Below the pieces are notes generated by a model. It did no database searches. It was given only the letters and a program-made list of their open reading frames with translations, and was not told the DNA's origin. From a virus (Duplodnaviria; Heunggongvirae; Uroviricota; Caudoviricetes): DNA of 8,831 nt. The stretch covers positions 1-8,831 of the IMG/VR virus record IMGVR_UViG_3300029878_000286; one strand, 5' to 3'. The position numbers were made by a program, and so were the translations under genes. Shown piece by piece: positions 1-5,764 of this stretch (its first letter is position 1; each line of letters starts with the position of its first letter).

Positions 1-333
1 CTAACGGATAGAACCATCAGGATATAAGTACACGCCACCCTCTAGATACATTGGCTCACCATCTTCAACTGCAATATCTTGATAAAGTTCAGCCAGTTCA
101 TTAGATTCATTTTTTACAAGATTATATGTATCAACATCATACCCAAGGATTTTTAACTCATCATCTGAGGTTGCTCCTTGTTTTTGCTTAAGCGCAACAA
201 TATCAAAAATCCACTTTTTGCCATCTTTAACGTAGTACGCCCCAGAATCATAACCACGATCGTCAAGTACTTTTTCAAATCCCATCGATAATGCTTTTTT
301 GACAGTATGTTTTTTTACGGTAATGATAGCCAT
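1..333 (-). CDS. Hypothetical acidic protein, 110 aa, no family recognised; possibly accessory cargo
   Basis: Complete minus-strand ORF: ATG at 333-331, stop TAG at 3-1 (reverse complement of cta at the window start). Weak AG-rich patch upstream (aagagat). The locus is visibly AT-rich compared with the core genes to the right. The translation is rich in D/E and has no hydrophobic segment. I do not recognise the family. Confidence 0.5.
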   Translation of the reverse strand: MAIITVKKHTVKKALSMGFEKVLDDRGYDSGAYYVKDGKKWIFDIVALKQKQGATSDDELKILGYDVDTYNLVKNESNELAELYQDIAVEDGEPMYLEGGVYLYPDGSIR

Positions 334-441
334 GTAATCTCTTAATATATTGAATAAAAGTGAACTTATATACTGATAAAAGTTTACTCTGACGCAATTA
401 ACTCAGCTAGTGGAGAATGATGTTATTTTTGCACCAGTAGA

Positions 442-1458
442 TCACACTTCTAGCGTTGCGAGGGGGTTGAATCTCAGAGCCGTCTCAAGATGATCGGGTG
501 CTAAATGGGCATAGCGCATAGTCATTTTTATATCGTGATGTCCGAGGATTTTTTGCAAAGCAAGGATATTTCCACCCGACATCATGAAGTGCGCCGCAAA
601 CGTATGGCGCAGAACGTGTGTCAGTTGACCGCGAGGGAGCACGATAGACGTTTTTTCCATCACGGATAAAAATTGAAAATAGCAGTCTGTAAAGAAATTG
701 AACCCATCAAGCGCCATGATCTCTTCGTAAAGCTCTTTACTGATAGGGATGCTTCTGTTTTTCTTCCCCTTCGTTCTTACAAAGGTAATTCGGTATTTGG
801 TCACTTGCGAGCGGGTAAGATTTATTGCTTCTCGCCAGCGTGCGCCTGTGCTTAGGCATATCTTGACTACCAGTGCCAGAATTGGGTCCTGACGTTTGCA
901 ATCAGCCAGCAGTTCAACAATCTGCTCATGGGTAAGCCATGCCATCTCTTTTTCTGCGATGGTGAATTTTCGCATGTTCTCCAGTGGGTTCGGATACGAC
1001 CATTCGCCCAGGCGGGATAGTTCGCTAAAAACACTACTTAGATAGCTTTGCTCCAGGTTAATGGTGACCGGGCTTGCTCCTTTCTTCCATTTCTCGCTGA
1101 AGTAGATCTCACCTGTCAGGCGTTTATCTCGATAGTGGGCAAACATTTTAGAGGTTAGATCAGTTGCAAGGGGATTGCCCAGAGCGTCAACCATCAACAG
1201 CAGTTTGTCATAGACATGCTGCCCAGCTGTCAGAGATTTACCATGTAGTTTGAACCATAGCTCAATCACGTCTTTCAATGTCCGACGATCCACTGATTCG
1301 CCCAGCCAGGGCTTTGCTTCGGTTTCTTCCATCGTGTGACGCTCAAAAGCCAGAGCTTCGCCTTTGGTGGCGAATTGTTTACGCACACGACGTCCACTAC
1401 GTCCGGCGGGGTAACATTCGCAAAGCCATTTTCCTGTGGTGAGTTTTCGTACTGCCAT
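442..1458 (-). CDS. int: Tyrosine recombinase / phage integrase of the P2-186 family (338 aa)
   Basis: In-frame ATG at 1458-1456 preceded by ggaggg (minus strand); stop TGA at 444-442. The ORF track starts 26 codons upstream at a non-ATG codon. The N-terminus (MAVRKLTTGKW...RKQFATKGEALAFERH) resembles the arm-binding domain of P2/186 Int as I recall it. The C-terminal part carries a tyrosine-recombinase catalytic signature (R...HxLRHT...Y, here ...LTHVLRHTFAAHF...MRYAHL). Confidence 0.9.
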   Translation of the reverse strand: MAVRKLTTGKWLCECYPAGRSGRRVRKQFATKGEALAFERHTMEETEAKPWLGESVDRRTLKDVIELWFKLHGKSLTAGQHVYDKLLLMVDALGNPLATDLTSKMFAHYRDKRLTGEIYFSEKWKKGASPVTINLEQSYLSSVFSELSRLGEWSYPNPLENMRKFTIAEKEMAWLTHEQIVELLADCKRQDPILALVVKICLSTGARWREAINLTRSQVTKYRITFVRTKGKKNRSIPISKELYEEIMALDGFNFFTDCYFQFLSVMEKTSIVLPRGQLTHVLRHTFAAHFMMSGGNILALQKILGHHDIKMTMRYAHLAPDHLETALRFNPLATLEV

Positions 1459-1644
1459 AAAAAATGCCCTCCAGTAGAGAGCATTTTTACTGTATGTATA
1501 ACCAGTGTCAATGTATGAAATCCTGCGACCATACATCTCACTGAAGCCATAATGAAGTTAGCTATTTTTTGCTATGTGAGTATGTGACTTTTGCGGTTAG
1601 CCTGCGGCTCATTGTTATATTAGGCGCAGATATAAAAGCAAAAT

Positions 1645-1836
1645 TTATCGCGAGTTTTTAGTACAGATTTTTTTTGATTTACTAATAGTTCCATCATTGC
1701 AAACGAACTTTCCATCGGAGGTACAGTGAGAGACACCTCCCTTTTTCCCAGAACAAGGATAATTTTTAGCATAGGTAGTTAGTGGGTTTAATAACAAAGA
1801 GCATGATAAAACCACAAAAAATACCTTACCAAGCAT
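1645..1836 (-). CDS. Small secreted cysteine-rich cationic protein (63-aa precursor, predicted Sec signal peptide, about 40-aa mature peptide); candidate moron / lysogenic-conversion gene
   Basis: ATG at 1836-1834 with a strong SD (gggagga) about 5 nt upstream on the minus strand, 15 nt downstream of the cI stop. The N-terminus [23 protein letters not shown] has a positive n-region, a hydrophobic core and a TYA cleavage-type motif. The predicted mature part [40 protein letters not shown] has 4 Cys and 8 Lys. The locus is AT-rich. Confidence 0.6.
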   Translation of the reverse strand: MLGKVFFVVLSCSLLLNPLTTYAKNYPCSGKKGGVSHCTSDGKFVCNDGTISKSKKICTKNSR

Positions 1837-1851
1837 AGTTTCCTCCCGGTA

Positions 1852-2421
1852 TTACCTAACGTACTTAATTGTTAAACTTATAATTTTCCCAATTATTTCA
1901 ACATCTTCTATCTTGCACTCGAAGGCTCTGTTTCCACCCTCGACGAAGATTCTTCCACCGGGTAAACGAGTAATGTCACGGATCGTTATTTCGCCATCAA
2001 TACTTATTACCCATTTACCATCACGTATATCATCAAATTCCTTATCACAAATAAATTCAGAATTATTATCTGTGATTACAAAAAGATTCTTGAATGCCGA
2101 CGGTAGAAATTCTCTATCGAAAATATAAAAACCGTCTTCACACAAGGCCCCATCAGATAATACATATTTAGCAACTTCCATAGTATTTGTATTACCTGAA
2201 GTTTGCTTTGAACCATGCCCGGTTGTGAGCCAATTAAGCGAGGTGCCTGTTTCAAGGGCGCACTGGATTACCCATTCTGCTGGGAATGAGTCACGCATGT
2301 AGCGTGTGGCGAGTGTACTTTTAGAGATTCCTAAATGATCGCACAACGCCTGTCGAGTCTTGAATCCATAAGCTTCTACCATGCGCTCTATAGCGCCTCG
2401 TCCGCCTTTCTCCAAATTCAT
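1852..2421 (-). CDS. cI: Phage immunity repressor, 186 CI-like (N-terminal HTH, about 189 aa)
   Basis: The ORF track starts at GTG 2427-2425. The in-frame ATG at 2421-2419 has GGAG 5 nt upstream (minus strand) and is preferred. The length is close to coliphage 186 CI (about 192 aa, from memory). The N-terminal segment ...QALCDHLGISKSTLATRYMR... looks like an HTH. I see no LexA-type GDSM / Ser-Lys autocleavage motif. The gene is divergent from the apl/cII operon and co-directional with int, as in 186. Confidence 0.75.
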   Translation of the reverse strand: MNLEKGGRGAIERMVEAYGFKTRQALCDHLGISKSTLATRYMRDSFPAEWVIQCALETGTSLNWLTTGHGSKQTSGNTNTMEVAKYVLSDGALCEDGFYIFDREFLPSAFKNLFVITDNNSEFICDKEFDDIRDGKWVISIDGEITIRDITRLPGGRIFVEGGNRAFECKIEDVEIIGKIISLTIKYVR

Positions 2422-2445
2422 GGTCACTCCAAGTGAACTTTTATC

Positions 2446-2474
2446 TTGACGATTTCACTGTGCGATCGTATGTT
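2446..2474 (+). promoter_or_regulatory. Candidate rightward lytic promoter (pR-like): -35 TTGACG (2446-2451), 17-bp spacer, -10 TATGTT (2469-2474)
   Basis: Sigma70-like hexamers with canonical spacing, located 70-100 bp upstream of the apl-like start and close to the cI start. This matches the face-to-face pR/pL arrangement known for 186 and P2. GTGAAC / GTTCAC half-sites flank it at 2433-2438, 2453-2457 and 2482-2487. Confidence 0.35.
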
Positions 2475-2546
2475 TATGGTGTTCACAAAATACAAACGAT
2501 CCGTATTCGTCCTGATTAATCATCATTAAACGAGGAATGTTGCATC

Positions 2547-2768
2547 ATGAGACCTAACATTTCAATCACTCTTACCACCCCTCATGTGACTATTGAACGC
2601 TATAGCGAGCTGACAGGGCTATCCATCGATACCATCAATGACATGTTGGCTGATGGACGCCTTATCCGTCACCGTCTGCGCAAAGATAAAAAACGCGAAA
2701 AAGTGATGATCAACATAGCAGCAATGACCGTTGATGCGCTTTCAGAATGCAATCTAAACCTTAATTAG
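2547..2768 (+). CDS. apl: Apl/Cox-like excisionase-transcriptional regulator (73 aa, HTH)
   Basis: ATG at 2547 with gagga about 10 nt upstream; stop TAG at 2766-2768. It is the first gene of the rightward operon, directly opposite cI, which is the position of apl in 186 and cox in P2. The segment [25 protein letters not shown] is HTH-like. The assignment is by position and size. Confidence 0.6.
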   Translation: MRPNISITLTTPHVTIERYSELTGLSIDTINDMLADGRLIRHRLRKDKKREKVMINIAAMTVDALSECNLNLN

Positions 2769-2800
2769 TTCGATTCTGAAATACATCAGAGGCATTGACC

Positions 2801-3310
2801 ATGTTTGATTACCAAGTTTCCAAACATCCACATTTTGATGAAGCCTGTCGTGCATTCGCATTGCGCCACAACCTGGTGCAACTGGCAGAACGTGCTGGCA
2901 TGAATGTGCAGATTCTGCGGAACAAGTTGAACCCAGCGCAACCTCATTTATTAACCGCACCAGAAATCTGGCTGCTTACCGATCTGACTGAAGATTCAAC
3001 GCTGGTAGATGGTTTTCTGGCTCAGATTCACTGCCTGCCATGCGTACCGATTAATGAGGTGGCAAAAGAGAAACTGCCACATTACGTCATGAGTGCAACC
3101 GCAGAGATCGGGCGTGTTGCTGCAGGTGCGGTATCTGGCGATGTAAAAACCAGTGCAGGTCGTCGTGATGCTATCAGCAGCATTAACTCTGTAACACGAC
3201 TGATGGCGTTGGCTGCTGTTTCATTGCAGGCCCGTTTACAGGCTAACCCTGCGATGGCGAGTGCAGTTGATACCGTGACTGGCCTCGGTGCTTCATTCGG
3301 TTTGCTGTGA
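2801..3310 (+). CDS. cII: CII-like lysogeny-establishment activator (169 aa), 186 CII family
   Basis: In-frame ATG at 2801 (the ORF track starts at TTG 2795) with agagg upstream. The translation [24 protein letters not shown]...[15 protein letters not shown]...[21 protein letters not shown] matches my recollection of coliphage 186 CII almost along its whole length, and the length is the same (169 aa). Confidence 0.8.
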   Translation: MFDYQVSKHPHFDEACRAFALRHNLVQLAERAGMNVQILRNKLNPAQPHLLTAPEIWLLTDLTEDSTLVDGFLAQIHCLPCVPINEVAKEKLPHYVMSATAEIGRVAAGAVSGDVKTSAGRRDAISSINSVTRLMALAAVSLQARLQANPAMASAVDTVTGLGASFGLL

Positions 3311-3317
3311 GGTGCTT

Positions 3318-3518
3318 ATGCTGACGAAAGAACCATCATTTGCATCGCTGCTGGTAAAGCAAAGCCCGGCGATGCACTACGGTCACGGCTGGATCATGGG
3401 TGAGGATGGAAAACGCTGGCATCCGTGCCGTTCACAAGATGAATTGCTGGCAGAACTATCTACGAAAAAACGGGGGAACAAATGGCTATTGAAGGCGCTG
3501 CGGCGACTGTTCCATTAA
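3318..3518 (+). CDS. fil: Fil-like small early protein (66 aa); 186 Fil is a cell-division inhibitor
   Basis: ATG at 3318 preceded by gaggtg, 7 nt after the cII stop. The ORF track extends upstream to a GTG inside cII. Position after cII and the MLTKEPSFASLLVKQSP...HPCRSQ sequence fit 186 fil as I recall it. Confidence 0.55.
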   Translation: MLTKEPSFASLLVKQSPAMHYGHGWIMGEDGKRWHPCRSQDELLAELSTKKRGNKWLLKALRRLFH

Positions 3519-3823
3519 GACCCGGTGAACGCCTGAATGGACTTAATCATATTGCGGAGTTAAGGGCGAAAGTTTTTGGTTTGAATATTGAGTCAGAGCT
3601 TGAGCGGTTTATTAAAGATATGCGTGATCCACGGGATATCAATAATGAACAAAATAAACGGGCACTGGCTGCCATATTCTTTATGGCAAAAATTCCAGCT
3701 GAACGTCATAGCATCAGCATTAATGAGCTGACCACTGACGAAAAGCGGGAGTTGATTAAAGCAATGAATCATTTTCGTGCAGTGGTGAGCTTATTTCCCA
3801 GACGGCTAACCATGCCGAATTAA
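3482..3823 (+). CDS. Hypothetical phage early protein (113 aa)
   Basis: ATG at 3482 with ggggga 4 nt upstream; stop TAA at 3821-3823. It overlaps the end of the fil-like ORF by 37 nt in another frame and is co-directional within the early operon. No family recognised. Confidence 0.5.
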   Translation: MAIEGAAATVPLRPGERLNGLNHIAELRAKVFGLNIESELERFIKDMRDPRDINNEQNKRALAAIFFMAKIPAERHSISINELTTDEKRELIKAMNHFRAVVSLFPRRLTMPN

Positions 3824-3890
3824 CCAACTAATGAAATTAATGGCGTAAACCCGCCGGGCATCCCTTTATCTAAATTCAGGAGAATTGCTT

Positions 3891-4124
3891 ATGCGTAATA
3901 TTGAAACCCTCACGACCAAAACCGGACCGGATGATGCAGGTCTTAATCTTTTACTGACAGAGGCTCGTCTGGAAGAACGCCGGGCAAGGGCTGAAGCAAT
4001 GGCTGCTCGCCTCGATAGCCTGGCGTGTCATATCACCTCCCGCCAGCTAAACCACGTCGAAGCGGCAGAACTGCTGCGTGTGACTGCTGAAGCAATCCAG
4101 AACGAAGCGCAGGAGATCCACTGA
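3891..4124 (+). CDS. Hypothetical phage early protein (77 aa), predicted helical
   Basis: ATG at 3891 preceded by aggaga (the ORF track starts at TTG 3885). Its stop TGA (4122-4124) overlaps the ATG of the next gene (TGATG), suggesting translational coupling. Confidence 0.55.
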   Translation: MRNIETLTTKTGPDDAGLNLLLTEARLEERRARAEAMAARLDSLACHITSRQLNHVEAAELLRVTAEAIQNEAQEIH

Positions 4125-4351
4125 TGGCTGATGCAATGGATCTCGTACAGCAGCGCGTTGAAGAAGAACGCCAACGCCATATCCGTGCTGCCCGTGCCAA
4201 AACGCCGGGCGTGTCCCGCGTGCTTTGCGTTGAGTGTGAAGCGCCAATTCCGCCAGCACGCCGCCGTGCCATTCCTGGAGTGCAGCTTTGCATTACCTGC
4301 CAGGAAATCGCAGAGCTGAAAGGCAAACATTACAACGGAGGTGCTGTATGA
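4124..4351 (+). CDS. TraR/DksA-family C4 zinc-finger protein (75 aa)
   Basis: ATG at 4124 with aggaga 7 nt upstream. The translation has CxxC-(17)-CxxC (CVEC...CITC), the spacing typical of the DksA/TraR zinc finger. Small TraR-like ORFs occur in the early regions of P2-like and lambdoid phages. Confidence 0.7.
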   Translation: MADAMDLVQQRVEEERQRHIRAARAKTPGVSRVLCVECEAPIPPARRRAIPGVQLCITCQEIAELKGKHYNGGAV

Positions 4352-5220
4352 GCACCATCCTGAAATGGGCGGGTAATAAAACCGCCATTATGTCCGAACT
4401 GAAAAAATACCTTCCTGCTGGCCCGCGACTGGTTGAACCTTTCGCGGGTTCTTGTGCTGTGATGATGGCGACGGATTACCCCAGCTATCTGGTTGCGGAT
4501 ATTAATCCTGATTTAATCAACCTCTATAAAAAGATTGCCGCTGATTGCGAAGCGTTTATATCTCGTGCCAAAGTTTTATTTGAGGAAGCAAACAGTGAGC
4601 TGGCTTATTACAACATAAGACAGGAGTTTAATTACTCAACTGAAATTACTGATTTCATGAAGGCGATATATTTCCTGTATCTCAATCGTCACGGTTACCG
4701 TGGTTTATGTCGCTATAACAAGAGCGGGTATTTCAACATTCCCTACGGTAATTATAAAAATCCGTATTTCCCTGAAAAAGAAATTCGCGCATTTGCAGAG
4801 AAAGCCCAGCGGGCAACGTTTATCTGCGCGAGCTTTGATGAAACGCTGGCGATGCTGCAGGTGGGGGATGTGGTGTATTGCGATCCGCCGTATGACGGTA
4901 CGTTTTCCGGCTACCTGGTGGGTACGGATGAAAACGTGCTGGTACTTAATCGCACTTATGCCAACCGGAGCAACGCCGAACGAGCGGCGAAAATGCAGTG
5001 GGAACGCCTGCAACGCGGCGTTGCGTCATTCTCGCTACAACTGGCAGAAGGGCGGGCAGATCTCTACACGGAAATGCCAGTGAAAGTCAGTGGCTTTAAA
5101 CAGCCGATAGATGATGCGGAATGGACCATTACGACTCTGACGCATACCGTCAGCCCGGATAACGGTTTTACGACCAGTCTGGAGCTTGAAGTGAGGATTG
5201 ATGATTTCGAAATGGAATGA
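4348..5220 (+). pseudogene. Chimeric in-frame ORF (290 aa): N-terminal about 182 aa of a Dam-family N6-adenine DNA methyltransferase fused to the C-terminal about 100 aa of P2-type tail protein D; likely a deletion scar rather than a functional gene
   Basis: ATG at 4348 overlaps the upstream stop (ATGA), with ggagg 6 nt upstream. Residues 1-182 carry Dam-like motifs: ILKWAGNK at the N-terminus, PFAGSCAV (motif I-like) and DPPY at 179-182 (nt 4882-4893). The roughly 95 residues that follow DPPY in Dam enzymes are missing. From about residue 186 (nt about 4903) the sequence ([19 protein letters not shown]...[53 protein letters not shown]...GFTTSLELEVRIDD) matches my recollection of the C-terminus of P2 gpD. 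The next gene is ogr, as it is after D in P2. Confidence 0.65.
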
Positions 5221-5310
5221 TTCTTCGCAATGGAGAACTTTTAAGTTTGCAAAATGGAATAATGCGGTATCATTATTGTGAATTTAGCAAAAATGGGGAG
5301 AACTCGAAAA

Positions 5311-5529
5311 ATGATGATTTGCCCACTGTGTGGAAGTGCCGCCCATACTCGCAGCAGTTTTCAGGTATCTTCATTGACCAAAGAGCGTTACAACCAGTGC
5401 CAGAACATTAACTGCAGCCATACTTTTGTTACCCATGAAACTTTTGTTCGTTCGATTGCAACGCCAAAAGAGTCAAATCCGGTTCAGCCGCATCCAATTA
5501 AATCAGGACAGGTGGCGCTCTCTCTTTGA
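5311..5529 (+). CDS. ogr: Ogr/B-family late-gene transcriptional activator (72 aa, zinc finger)
   Basis: ATG at 5311 with gggaga about 9 nt upstream (the ORF track starts at GTG 5278). The translation MMICPLCGSAAHTRSS...KERYNQCQNINCSHTF...PHP..SGQ has the CxxC-(22)-CxxxxC finger and a KERY.QCQN.NC core as I recall for P2 Ogr; the length is identical (72 aa). It sits after the D fragment as in P2. Confidence 0.85.
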   Translation: MMICPLCGSAAHTRSSFQVSSLTKERYNQCQNINCSHTFVTHETFVRSIATPKESNPVQPHPIKSGQVALSL

Positions 5530-5609
5530 CGCCGCCGCCATTTTGTCGCCATCGTTAAAAAACAGTTTTTCTAACATCATGATTTTAAACAGCTTAAATT
5601 TCAGGCAAC

Positions 5610-5652
5610 AAAAAACCCATCAACCTTGAACCGAAATGGCGGGGTTGATGGG
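5610..5652 (-). terminator. Rho-independent terminator-like hairpin downstream of ybjL
   Basis: A 10-bp perfect inverted repeat, cccatcaacc (5616-5625) and ggttgatggg (5643-5652), with a 17-nt loop. On the minus strand it is followed by a 6-nt T run (plus-strand A run 5610-5615). It lies about 110 bp past the ybjL stop. Confidence 0.5.
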
Positions 5653-5764
5653 CTCCACAAAATGGGGACATCAAAGAAAAGCAGTGGCACTAATTAAGAC
5701 TGATGCCCTGCGGAAAAGTTCTGCGGTTGTGCAAAAAAATTTCATTTTCAGGGCAACTTCAGTT

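Larger units (their letters stand above)
334..5609. mobile_element. Cryptic P2-family (186/Fels-2-like) prophage remnant, about 5.2 kb, lacking replication, lysis and morphogenetic genes; the ends are approximate
   Basis: The block int, cI, switch, apl, cII, fil, small early ORFs, dam', 'D, ogr reproduces the two ends of a P2/186 prophage map with the middle deleted. The left limit is set at the int 3' end (the left-edge ORF may or may not belong to it). The right limit is set before the ybjL terminator. No att direct repeat could be identified by eye. Confidence 0.8.

Noticed and set aside
334-441. Possible tRNA or tmRNA integration target next to the int 3' end
   Set aside because: No tRNA-like features (acceptor stem/T-arm pattern, GTTCGAATC-like T-loop) are visible here or next to the right end. 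The remnant appears to sit in intergenic DNA or the att flank lies outside the window.
1275-1550. ORFs overlapping int in other frames or on the opposite strand (673-855 +, 1336-1518 +, 1275-1550 -)
   Set aside because: They lie wholly inside the well-supported integrase gene, lack convincing ribosome-binding sites and have low-complexity or odd composition. They are most likely frame shadows.
1913-2128. 71-aa plus-strand ORF antisense to cI
   Set aside because: Entirely inside the repressor gene on the opposite strand, with no RBS and a Ser/Ile/Leu-rich shadow-like translation.
2754-2960. 68-aa minus-strand ORF antisense to the start of cII
   Set aside because: Overlaps the confidently identified cII-like gene and would run against the early-operon direction; no SD.
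4028-4330. Three nested minus-strand ORFs (100, 97, 70 aa) and a plus-strand 62-aa ORF across the 77-aa/TraR-like genes
   Set aside because: This is a GC-richer stretch where long antisense frames arise by chance. The sense-strand genes have SDs and coupled start/stop overlaps, and the alternatives have none.
4700-5083. 127-aa (+) and 102-aa (-) ORFs inside the dam'-'D ORF
   Set aside because: Alternative frames of a region whose main frame shows recognisable Dam and gpD motifs. The translations are Arg/Cys/Trp-rich, typical of off-frame reads.
5217-5629. 64-aa ORF (5217-5411) overlapping the ogr start, and 67-aa ORF (5426-5629) overlapping the ogr end
   Set aside because: Both are out of frame with the clearly conserved Ogr-type zinc-finger gene. 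The first starts at an ATG overlapping the upstream stop but has no independent support.
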